Shown here piece by piece: positions 9,077 through 17,167 of a stretch of 32,000 nt of DNA. The DNA is from Candidatus Hadarchaeales archaeon (GTDB taxonomy: Archaea; Hadarchaeota; Hadarchaeia; Hadarchaeales; Hadarchaeaceae): the NCBI GenBank assembly GCA_038823825.1, contig JAWBCC010000002.1, positions 30,001 through 62,000 on the forward strand, in the 5' to 3' direction. Under the pieces are notes generated by a model. It saw only the letters and a list, made by a program, of their open reading frames with translations. It did no database searches and was not told the DNA's origin. A program made the translations under genes and the position numbers. The first letter of the stretch is position 1; every line of letters starts with the position of its first letter.

Positions 9077-10777
9077 TCAATGGGCTTTCCTTATTTCCAA
9101 GATTTCTTGGTAAAGCTCTTTCAAGATTTCGTTGTAGTCAGCTTTGCCTTGCTCAACCAGATCCATCAGCAATTCTAGCCTTCGCGTAGTTTCTTCAGAA
9201 GTGTATTTCCCAAAATTTCGACAGAGATACATGTAAACCTTAAAGCCCAACGGTGTGTTTATTAGCTTGTTATTTCGATCAATAGCGTAGTTTCTTTCGA
9301 GAATCGTCTCCACGATTTTCGCGTATGTGCTTGGTCTTCCTATTCCTTTTTCCCGCATTAGGGCTATTATTTCGCCCTGTGTGAAAGGCCTCGCTGCCGG
9401 AAGCTTCAAAATCCTTGCAAATTTTATCGCATACTCGCCTTCTCTCACTGGATTTGCAGTTTTCACGGGTAACACAACATTGAAGCCTTGGGACACTACG
9501 CTTACCGGGTTTTCCATATGCACTTCGTTTCCATCCACCGAAACCATGAATTTCTGGTAGAGGACTCTAGCCTCTTTCATCTGGCTCGCAATAAACCGCT
9601 TGAATATCAGATCGTAGAGTTGAAAGTGATCTTGCGTCAACTTTTTCGGAAAACGTAAAAGTCCAAGAGATATCAAGTTTTTCAGTCTTTCTACGTCAAT
9701 GGCTCTTGTCGGTCTTATACATTCATGGGCACCTTCCATAGCATATCTTCGGGGAACAAAAAGCGATGGATACCTTTCTTGAATATATTCTTTGGCGATA
9801 CCTATACCTACCGTTGAAACTGTTGTGGCATCCGTTCTATGATATGTGCATAAACCCATCTCAAACAAATCTTGAGCAATCATCATTGTCTTTGGGGCTG
9901 GAAAACCGAGCTTTGCTGAAGCGTCCCGGAGTAGTGTGTCTGTGGTGTAAGGTGGTGGTGGATTTAATGTGTGCTCTTCTTCCACTAGAGCCGATATTTT
10001 GGCTTTGAGGTTTTTAAGAGCGAGGTTTCTCGGTGAAAACGACAATTTTGGATTTTCGATGAAAACCCTTAGGCCGTTTGAAAGCACAGCTGACAAGACC
10101 CGCTTTTTCTTTCTCGATTCGCTCGTTCGTTCTATTATCCAGCCCAAGACTGGCGTTTGAACCCTTCCAGCAGACAGTTTATAGTTCTGGAAACGGTCCC
10201 AGAGTTTTTGGCTTAGTTCGAATCCTATCCAGCGGTCTTCTATGCGGCGGACAAGCTGAGCCTCCACCATTTTTATGTTGATTTCTCGTCTTTCTTTGAC
10301 GGCTTGGAGGAAAGCTTTCTTGGTTATTTCATGGAACTCCAACCTCTCGATGTGCCTATTGACTGAGTAAAGCGAACAGTAAACGTCGTAGGCTATCTTT
10401 TCTCCTTCAATATCCGGATCTGTAGCGACGAAAACACGGTTAACTTCGAGGGCGATTTTCCTCATAACTTTGACGAGCTCCTTCTTGGAATAGTATTCTT
10501 GACTTTTACATTTTGGACAAAAATCGAGTCCCGTAAATTGTTCACCACATTTCCGGCATTTCTTTATAAAGTCATATATGGGTATGAAGCGACCTCCTTC
10601 AACTTTTACACCGTGGAAGCCCTCACCTGAAACAAGATCATAGATGTGCCCCATGCTCGCCACAATGTTGAGCACAAATTCCCCAGCGCTCACCTCAAAA
10701 ACAGTTACGTTTCCAATCTTCCTTTTGAAGGGTTTACCGAAAAATCTGGAAATGGTTCTTGCCTTTCGGAGATTCAA
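9077..10777 (-). CDS. rgy: Reverse gyrase, topoisomerase IA module (downstream ORF of a frame-broken gene)
   Basis: ARTISRFFGKPFKRKIG, zinc finger CRKCGEQFTGLDFCPKC, TDPDIEGEKIAYD (DxDxE), SAGRVQTPVLGWI, active-site region MGLCTYHRTDAT. The only start at the 5' end is TTG at 10777, preceded immediately by an in-frame TGA. Confidence 0.93.
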   Translation of the reverse strand: MNLRKARTISRFFGKPFKRKIGNVTVFEVSAGEFVLNIVASMGHIYDLVSGEGFHGVKVEGGRFIPIYDFIKKCRKCGEQFTGLDFCPKCKSQEYYSKKELVKVMRKIALEVNRVFVATDPDIEGEKIAYDVYCSLYSVNRHIERLEFHEITKKAFLQAVKERREINIKMVEAQLVRRIEDRWIGFELSQKLWDRFQNYKLSAGRVQTPVLGWIIERTSESRKKKRVLSAVLSNGLRVFIENPKLSFSPRNLALKNLKAKISALVEEEHTLNPPPPYTTDTLLRDASAKLGFPAPKTMMIAQDLFEMGLCTYHRTDATTVSTVGIGIAKEYIQERYPSLFVPRRYAMEGAHECIRPTRAIDVERLKNLISLGLLRFPKKLTQDHFQLYDLIFKRFIASQMKEARVLYQKFMVSVDGNEVHMENPVSVVSQGFNVVLPVKTANPVREGEYAIKFARILKLPAARPFTQGEIIALMREKGIGRPSTYAKIVETILERNYAIDRNNKLINTPLGFKVYMYLCRNFGKYTSEETTRRLELLMDLVEQGKADYNEILKELYQEILEIRKAH

Positions 10778-12680
10778 CGATCAACAAAGCCGTTTTGATG
10801 AAGTCCTTAAGCCTTTTCGATATTTGACCTTCATTAATGTCTCTTATGGTTTGGCGGTCTTCGTCTATCTTTTTAAACCATCTTTCGGCTGTCTTAAAGC
10901 TGAACTCAATCGGTGAGAATTCGCCGAGCATGAACTCCAGCTGTTTTCTAAGAGCGTAAAATGCCTTTTCATCGTCAACTAGGATGAAGCTCGCACCCCT
11001 AGTTATACCGCCCGCAAACATTCTTGAGGCTCTACCCGAAGCTTGAACATAGGCTACCGGATCTGCTACAACGAGATAGAATTCGTTGCCTTTCTGTTTA
11101 AGAGAAACCTCCTTGCTCTTGGATATCGCTTCAACAACCTTCGGGTTTATCGCCTCCTTCAAGAAGTTTCTAGCTTCTAGAACGATTCTCCTAACGTGTT
11201 CGTCAAAGCCTTCCAGCGTTGTTCCCTTTTCTATGGCTTCTTTAACCATTTCCACGGTTTGTTTATTCACCGGTACGACGCTCCGGAGAGCGTTTATCAC
11301 TTGACTAGCCCTATCTTGAATATTTGCATCGAGGAATTCCCTGATATTTTTGAGGAGCATCAAAAGCTTGACTGGATTGTATTCGTTCCAGCTCAGCTGA
11401 ATCTCGCTTCTCGGAACACCGGCAAAGATCACGTAACGAATTCTCTCCGGAAGATCTATGCCCCTAGCTAGAGGACTTCTGTAGCTGGCAACACCCACAA
11501 GAACCTCATATTCGCCGTTTTGAAACTTTTCCAACATTTCTTCATCCATCTTCATGTAAGCGTAGGACTTGACGCCGTTAGCGTTTAAAAAAGCATTGAG
11601 CTTAGCCACGTGCTCTCTACCCAAAACGGATGGAACAAAGATAAGACATCCACCGCCAAAACGCTGGATAAGTGACAGGACTTGCTGCTCCATGCCTGCT
11701 TCTGCCTTCAAATAATAATCTTTGATATTTCTGAGGAATTCTGGTTGGAAACCTATCTGGAAGTTTAGAAGCTCCTCGAAGAGTTTTATCCGCTTTGTTC
11801 TTTTGGCTTTAACCGTTGCTCCCGAAACCACGAGCAATCCTATCTTGTTTTGGCGCTTATATTCCTCGATTTGGTTTCGAAGCCTTTCAACTTCATCGAC
11901 AATTTGCTCTGGAGATTTCTCCATTCTTCTCAGGCGACCTGCCTCCCTCCGCAACTCGACTATCCTAAAAGCTGTGGCGATTATTTCATCGCTGAAACCC
12001 AGAAGTTTCATGATCTTGTCTATGTTTTTCGGAGACTTGAGGAAAGAATCCACATCATCCACAAAAACGAAGTCGAAGGTTTTATTCTTGACAATCTTAA
12101 AGTGGTTAATCAAAAATCTCTCAGTTGTAATTAAAATTTCAAATTCACCCCGTGCCACCTTTTCCAGAGCTCCACGTCTTTCAGAATCGCTCATGCCTGC
12201 ATGATAGCAAACTACTCTTGGATTTACGCCAAGCCTTTTAGAGAAAACATCCAGCCTTTCCGCAACTTGTTGGACAAGAAGCGCTGTTGGGAGGATTATA
12301 TAGCTTTTTCTACCATTGACCGCAAAATACAAAGCTGAAACAGTTCCCAAGACGGTTTTTCCAACACCGGTGGGTGCCACAATGGAGAAATTGCTGTTTA
12401 AAAGAATTCTTCTAGCCCACGTTTCCTGAAGAGACCACATTCTCTGTCCAACCGCTTTCTTGAAGAACTGAGAAAACTCTCTAAACTTCTGCTGGAATAG
12501 GAAAATTTCCTCGGCAAAGTAGAGACGCCCTTTCTCTCTCAAAATCTTGAGCAATTGTTCCCTGCTTTTTAGCGTCTCGGTTCTTTCAACACAGTTTTCG
12601 CAGACACCCATCCAGAGAAGCCGATCGTCCGATATAGCGCCTTCACAGTTCACGCATAAGCCATGATAGATACTCCTCAT
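10734..12680 (-). CDS. rgy: Reverse gyrase, N-terminal helicase module plus first residues of topoisomerase domain (upstream ORF)
   Basis: N-terminal zinc finger CVNCEGAISDDRLLWMGVCENC, Walker A APTGVGKT, VFVDDVDSF, VLGVASYRSPLARGIDLPERIRY; ends TALLIVESPKGKNHFQIFR*. ORF track start 12728, but ATG at 12680 (MRSIYHGLCVNC) fits the family better. Confidence 0.93.
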   Translation of the reverse strand: MRSIYHGLCVNCEGAISDDRLLWMGVCENCVERTETLKSREQLLKILREKGRLYFAEEIFLFQQKFREFSQFFKKAVGQRMWSLQETWARRILLNSNFSIVAPTGVGKTVLGTVSALYFAVNGRKSYIILPTALLVQQVAERLDVFSKRLGVNPRVVCYHAGMSDSERRGALEKVARGEFEILITTERFLINHFKIVKNKTFDFVFVDDVDSFLKSPKNIDKIMKLLGFSDEIIATAFRIVELRREAGRLRRMEKSPEQIVDEVERLRNQIEEYKRQNKIGLLVVSGATVKAKRTKRIKLFEELLNFQIGFQPEFLRNIKDYYLKAEAGMEQQVLSLIQRFGGGCLIFVPSVLGREHVAKLNAFLNANGVKSYAYMKMDEEMLEKFQNGEYEVLVGVASYRSPLARGIDLPERIRYVIFAGVPRSEIQLSWNEYNPVKLLMLLKNIREFLDANIQDRASQVINALRSVVPVNKQTVEMVKEAIEKGTTLEGFDEHVRRIVLEARNFLKEAINPKVVEAISKSKEVSLKQKGNEFYLVVADPVAYVQASGRASRMFAGGITRGASFILVDDEKAFYALRKQLEFMLGEFSPIEFSFKTAERWFKKIDEDRQTIRDINEGQISKRLKDFIKTALLIVESPKGKNHFQIFR

Positions 12681-12841
12681 CCTCGAACACCAAAATATCA
12701 TTACTAAGTTAATTCTTATTTTTGTCAACAGATATTCAAGGAGACTAAGTCAAGAAACTTGGCGCACGGCTTATTATCCCTTCATTTTCTTGCTTTTCGA
12801 TCTCTGTCAATTACCCTGCAGAGCTTTAGAACTCGTGTTAG

Positions 12842-12915
12842 AGCCCCGGGCGGGAATTGAACCCGCGACCTCACGCTTACCAAGCGTGCGCTCTGACCGG
12901 CTGAGCTACCGGGGC
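12842..12915 (-). tRNA. tRNA-Thr(GGT), no intron, CCA not encoded
   Basis: Reverse strand GCCCCGGTAGCTCAGCCGGTCAGAGCGCACGCTTGGTAAGCGTGAGGTCGCGGGTTCAATTCCCGCCCGGGGCT folds as a cloverleaf: 7-bp acceptor GCCCCGG/CCGGGGC, anticodon loop TTGGTAA, T arm GCGGGTTCAATTCCCGC. Confidence 0.95.
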
Positions 12916-12957
12916 ACCAAATTCTGATAAGTCTCCAGGTTAGAAAAACTTTATCCA

Positions 12958-13749
12958 CTATATCAGCTCGTTTGGGATTTTCTCCGGCTGGTAAGCGACC
13001 CTGGGTTTTATTCCCGCCTCCTTCAGTCTCCGAACAACATGTGGATAAAGAAAAACGTATTCTTCTTCGATTTTTCTAGGCAAAGAACGATCTATCTCGG
13101 CCAATCTTTTCTTGAGATCTTCTAACGCATCTTTTCGGCTGAAAGATAACATAATGGCAGGATGACAGGCTACTCCCTCATCCAACAGATTTCTGAGAGC
13201 TTCAAGCTGGAGCTGAAAAGCCTCTGGAAACGCCCCTGTGAGCATCGAAAATTCCTGCTCATTGGTGCCCTTCAGAGAAACTCTGACATGTAAATTTTCA
13301 AACTTCGCAAGGCTCTTTGCTAATTTTTTGTTCACAAGAATCCCGTTCGTCTCGAGAATAAATAAGTAGCCGGCTTCGTCCGTTAGAGAGATGAGATCGA
13401 GCAGGTGGTCGGGAGACAGTGTTGGTTCGTTTCCGCTCACTCTCACTTGCGTGTAGCCGAACTTTTTCGCACAACTATCAAGCTTTCTGAAGATATCCTC
13501 CGCAGAAAAGAATTCTCCTATCGTCGGGTTATCTCTCGGACCGCCACTCCAGCAGAAGACACATTTTAGACAACAGCCTGTGCAATCGGCGGTGGCTATT
13601 CCCCCATACCATCTCCCCGGTCTGCCCACCCTATAATATCTGCGTTGATGATTTTTCACCACGTACGGGCGGATCTCCTCCGCGAGCTTCAGCGGATCAA
13701 AAAGTTGGCTAGACATCTGCAAACCTATCTGCAGCGGATGTTTTATCAT
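12958..13749 (-). CDS. Radical SAM domain protein
   Basis: CCLKCVFC (CX3CX2C) plus SGNEPTLSPDHLL and ETNGILV motifs. ORF extends to 13824 but start is more likely ATG 13749 or 13716, avoiding overlap with the divergent UPF0282 gene. Confidence 0.9.
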   Translation of the reverse strand: MIKHPLQIGLQMSSQLFDPLKLAEEIRPYVVKNHQRRYYRVGRPGRWYGGIATADCTGCCLKCVFCWSGGPRDNPTIGEFFSAEDIFRKLDSCAKKFGYTQVRVSGNEPTLSPDHLLDLISLTDEAGYLFILETNGILVNKKLAKSLAKFENLHVRVSLKGTNEQEFSMLTGAFPEAFQLQLEALRNLLDEGVACHPAIMLSFSRKDALEDLKKRLAEIDRSLPRKIEEEYVFLYPHVVRRLKEAGIKPRVAYQPEKIPNELI

Positions 13750-13772
13750 AACTGGAAATAAAGTTTTAACCG

Positions 13773-14540
13773 ATGAAGGTGCTCCCACTAGCTTTCGATT
13801 CTTTCGGCGTAAGAAGTATGTCAACCTTTCTTGAGTACGGGAAACTTGGACTCCTCATCGATCCTGGCGTCGCGCTCGGACCGACTAGATATGGGCTTGG
13901 ACCAACGAATGCAGAGTTTGAGGCTCTCGACTACGCCCGCCAACTGATAATGCACGTTGCAGAGAGGGCGGACGCTGTTGCTGTCACCCATTACCACTAC
14001 GATCACCATCCTTTTCCGGACGATTCCGAGATGTACAAAAGATGTTTTGGTGGGAAACTCGTGATGGCAAAGGATAGAAGGAATAACATTAATCAGTCGG
14101 GAAAAGTTAGGGGTAAAATCTTCGAGGACAATGCGGTGCACCATGCGAAGAAAATCGAATGGGCGGATGGGAAAACCTTTGAGGTTGAAGGAGTCGAAAT
14201 CTCTTTCTCTCCGGCCGTCTGGCATGGCGATGTTGGAAGCAAGGTCGGAACCGTTGTCATGGTTTACATTGAAAAATGCGGTTTCCTTTTCGGATCCGAT
14301 GCTCAGAGCCTTGCGGATCCTGCCGCTCTAGATTGGGTTCTTAAACAAAACCCAGAATTTATGATTTTGGACGGGTATCCTACAATCTTCGTAGGATGGC
14401 GGATGAGTCAGAAATCCTTTGAAACAGCAAACGAGAACCTAAAGAGAGCGATTGCGGAGACACAGGCGGAAGAGGTGGTTCTCGACCATCATATACTGCG
14501 AGACATAAATTACAGAAAAAAAAATGAAATCAGTCTTTGA
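13773..14540 (+). CDS. UPF0282 family MBL-fold protein, N-terminal part (frame-broken)
   Basis: FGVRSMSTFLEYGKLGLLIDPGVALGPTRYGLGPT, THYHYDHHPF (HxHxDHH), LDHHILRDINYRKKNEISL*; the expected C-terminal segment is in another frame. Confidence 0.88.
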   Translation: MKVLPLAFDSFGVRSMSTFLEYGKLGLLIDPGVALGPTRYGLGPTNAEFEALDYARQLIMHVAERADAVAVTHYHYDHHPFPDDSEMYKRCFGGKLVMAKDRRNNINQSGKVRGKIFEDNAVHHAKKIEWADGKTFEVEGVEISFSPAVWHGDVGSKVGTVVMVYIEKCGFLFGSDAQSLADPAALDWVLKQNPEFMILDGYPTIFVGWRMSQKSFETANENLKRAIAETQAEEVVLDHHILRDINYRKKNEISL

Positions 14541-14745
14541 AACCGCTGAGAGAAAGGGAAAAAGAATACTTTCGGCTGCGGAGTTCCTAGGACTTGAGAA
14601 CTTTTTCCTAGAGGCATGGAGGAAAGAAATCGCGGAGGGGAAGAGAGAGGTTGATGTTAAGAAATACTACGAGGAGTTGTTCGAAAAAATTGGAATAGGA
14701 TTGCGCCTCCAGAAAGCTGCTCGCAAAGTAAATCTGCTCGAGTAA
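14524..14745 (+). CDS. UPF0282 family protein, C-terminal part in shifted frame
   Basis: MKSVFETAERKGKRILSAAEFLGLENFFLEAWRKEIAEG continues the family pattern after the HHxLRDxxYR segment; the 9-A run at 14516-14524 lies at the break. Confidence 0.75.
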   Translation: MKSVFETAERKGKRILSAAEFLGLENFFLEAWRKEIAEGKREVDVKKYYEELFEKIGIGLRLQKAARKVNLLE

Positions 14746-14789
14746 CCGCTCGGTTATTAACTCCGCAAGCGAGATTTGTGGTGAGGCGA

Positions 14790-15578
14790 ATGAAGATTGG
14801 AATAATTGGAGCAGGAAATATGGGTCTTGCCCTAGCCAAGGGCATTCTGCTCTCGGGGAAAATAGCACCGGAAAACATTCTAATCAGCGATAAAGATGAA
14901 GAGAAACTTGAGCTGGCAAAAAATCTTGGGGTGTCGACAACAACTGAAAACAAAAAAGTGACGGAAGAGTCCGACATCGTTTTCTTGGCTGTGAAACCTG
15001 CAGTGGTTAGAAGTGTTTTAACCGAGATTTCTGAGAAACTCAACGGAAAGCTACTGATCTCGATCGCCGCCGGCATTGACACGAAAACAATTGAACGCCT
15101 TTGTGGAGCCAGAGTTATTAGAGTTATGCCAAACATCTGCGCCGAAATCGGTGAGATGACCGCCTGTTATTCGCTCGGTTCGAGAACAAGAGCAGACGAT
15201 GAGAGGATTCTGAAGGAAGTCTTGGCTGGAGCTGGAAAAATGTTTAAGATTGATGAGGAGTTAATGGATGCAGCGACTGCAATCTGCGGAAGCGGCCCAG
15301 CCTTCTTCCTCGAGCTGATGAGGGCTGCTGAGGATGCTGCGGTAGAGCTGGGGTTTGAGAGAGAAACCGCTCGACAAATCATCTCACAGGTAGCGAGAGG
15401 GGCAGCGGAGCTGTTGAAAACGGGAGAGCCTGGCAAGCTCATCACCAGAATATGCACGAGAGGTGGAACGACAGAGCGGGGCATGAAGGTGCTGGAAGAA
15501 GGAAAGGTAGGCGAGATTTTTAGGAGAGCTTTCCGGGCCGCAGCAGAGAGATCTAGAGAACTCAAAAAGGAAGTTTAA
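14790..15578 (+). CDS. proC: Pyrroline-5-carboxylate reductase
   Basis: MKIGIIGAGNMGLALAKGIL, FLAVKP, VRVMPN, CGSGPAFF, family C-terminus TRICTRGGTTERGMKVLEEG. ORF extends upstream to 14778. Confidence 0.93.
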   Translation: MKIGIIGAGNMGLALAKGILLSGKIAPENILISDKDEEKLELAKNLGVSTTTENKKVTEESDIVFLAVKPAVVRSVLTEISEKLNGKLLISIAAGIDTKTIERLCGARVIRVMPNICAEIGEMTACYSLGSRTRADDERILKEVLAGAGKMFKIDEELMDAATAICGSGPAFFLELMRAAEDAAVELGFERETARQIISQVARGAAELLKTGEPGKLITRICTRGGTTERGMKVLEEGKVGEIFRRAFRAAAERSRELKKEV

Positions 15579-15991
15579 AAACTGCCTGCTTCGGTCGCTG
15601 TTTGAGCTTTAAACTCCTCGAGTCTCTTCTTTATGTGGTCTGGGAGTTCCTTCGCCCTTTCGAACGCGTGCTTTATTTCTTCCAATATTTTCTCGGCGAT
15701 TTCTGGAGGAGGATTCTCCAATTTCTTTCTCCTCGTTCTCTCCGCCCCGTAAACGACCTCTTCAAATCTTATCGTTTGAATGTTCCAGAGATAGTCGCCC
15801 AGCAAAACTACGGCAACCACTATCCTCTTTCCTTCCGGATCCTCCACGTGTTTTTCCGCCAAGAGTATCGTGTAGGAAACGAACCACCCCTGCCTTTCCA
15901 AAATTCCTAAGAATTTCGGGGCATTCACGCTCCTGCCTATGAATTCTGTGATGTCCATATTTACCGACCCTTGAGAATTCTCGGTTTTCAC
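15575..15991 (-). CDS. Conserved-looking hypothetical protein (138 aa)
   Basis: Open frame fills the gap between proC and the SAICAR synthetase-like gene; start may be internal at about 15958 (MDITEF). Confidence 0.55.
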   Translation of the reverse strand: MKTENSQGSVNMDITEFIGRSVNAPKFLGILERQGWFVSYTILLAEKHVEDPEGKRIVVAVVLLGDYLWNIQTIRFEEVVYGAERTRRKKLENPPPEIAEKILEEIKHAFERAKELPDHIKKRLEEFKAQTATEAGSF

Positions 15992-16031
15992 AGGATTTAA
16001 TCTCTAAGGTGGTTAAAAAAAGAAACGCACT

Positions 16032-17117
16032 TTATAAGCCTTTGCTTTGGATGTATTCTCGATAATGTCTTATGACTTCGTCAATTGTCGAAACCTCGAA
16101 GAACTTCCGCCCGGTCAATGCGTTCGCTGCAGCCATGTACATCTCGCTTATTATCTCTTTCAGCTCTAGATCCAGATGGGGTGGTTGAACTTTACACAGG
16201 CTTCTCCAGTCTTTAACACCTTTTTTTTCTGCGAGTTTCTTTGCTTCCTCAACGGCTCTAAACCAGTCGGTTTTCTTGTAATATTGTCTGGCCACTTCCT
16301 TACTGACATGGATTCCCCGATAGGTGAATCTGCATTCATCGAGCGTTCCAACAACATCCACAACCATCAGATTTCTCTCCTGGTCAAAAGCTAGCTCTAT
16401 TTTTCCATCTTCATTTTCTAGACCGGCTTTGGATGCTATTCCCGTTATTACGTTATCAACTTTCAAAAGGAGCTCTTTTATTTCTTCGACTTCATCATCT
16501 GTAAGACCAGCTATACGTTTCGCCTCATCCCAGTTGATGTATCTGTCCGTTTCTTCAAGCTTTGTGCTCACATCGAATATCGGCTTTTCCAATTTTTCAC
16601 CGGGTCTCGGCATATGATCAAGACCGAGTTCTTTAAGTGTCAACTCACCAAGTTGTAACCTGCGGAAGACGGAAGAACCCTCCGGAAGACCGTTCCTGTA
16701 GATTATCTCAAGCGGGATTAGGAAATTCACGAGATTTGGGGTGAAAATGCCGTAATCGTAGACGAGCCTCCCATTCTCTATACGCGTTGTCGGCCTGTAG
16801 ACGTTCACCAGATTTATCTCCATTATGCTTGCTGGTTCCTCAAGTTCGTCAAACCTGAGAAGTCTACCTCCAGAGATTAGACCACGATAGTGGGTTTTTA
16901 TCCCTTCCTCCTCCAGTCTTTCAAAGCAGTAAGAACCCATCAAACAGAGGGCCGCACCCTTTCCTTGGATCAGATCGGGCATCTCGCCCCAGTCAAAAAC
17001 GGAGTATCTGTCAGAAAAGTGAAAGCGACCTACTCCCATTCTTTCTGCAGTCGGTCTTTCCACGATTTCCAAATCTTTTACGCTTCCCAAGTCTTTTCCC
17101 CCGTTTTCCTCTTTCAA
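16032..17117 (-). CDS. SAICAR synthetase-like protein (phosphoribosylaminoimidazole-succinocarboxamide synthase)
   Basis: GVGRFHFSDRYSVFDWGEMPD and YRPTTRI...DYGIFTPNLVNFLIPLEIIYRN...GSSVFRR match the PurC superfamily, 361 aa. Confidence 0.8.
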   Translation of the reverse strand: MKEENGGKDLGSVKDLEIVERPTAERMGVGRFHFSDRYSVFDWGEMPDLIQGKGAALCLMGSYCFERLEEEGIKTHYRGLISGGRLLRFDELEEPASIMEINLVNVYRPTTRIENGRLVYDYGIFTPNLVNFLIPLEIIYRNGLPEGSSVFRRLQLGELTLKELGLDHMPRPGEKLEKPIFDVSTKLEETDRYINWDEAKRIAGLTDDEVEEIKELLLKVDNVITGIASKAGLENEDGKIELAFDQERNLMVVDVVGTLDECRFTYRGIHVSKEVARQYYKKTDWFRAVEEAKKLAEKKGVKDWRSLCKVQPPHLDLELKEIISEMYMAAANALTGRKFFEVSTIDEVIRHYREYIQSKGL

Positions 17118-17129
17118 TTTTCCTTACAA

Positions 17130-17147
17130 CTTATAAACATTATAAAC
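17130..17147. promoter_or_regulatory. Candidate bidirectional TATA region (CTTATAAACATTATAAAC)
   Basis: 50-nt divergent intergenic region with two overlapping TATA-like elements about 25-30 nt from both start codons. Confidence 0.45.
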
Positions 17148-17167
17148 AAAAGAGAGCGCTTCTGTTT

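Noticed and set aside
12681-12728. N-terminal extension MTKIRINLVMIFWCSR on the reverse gyrase helicase ORF.
   Set aside because: Family proteins begin just before the CxxC zinc finger; ATG 12680 gives MRSIYHGLCVNC, so the extension is probably untranslated.
13750-13824. N-terminal extension of the radical SAM ORF overlapping the UPF0282 gene start.
   Set aside because: It overlaps the well-supported divergent start at 13773 and has no recognisable domain content; internal starts at 13749 or 13716 are more likely.
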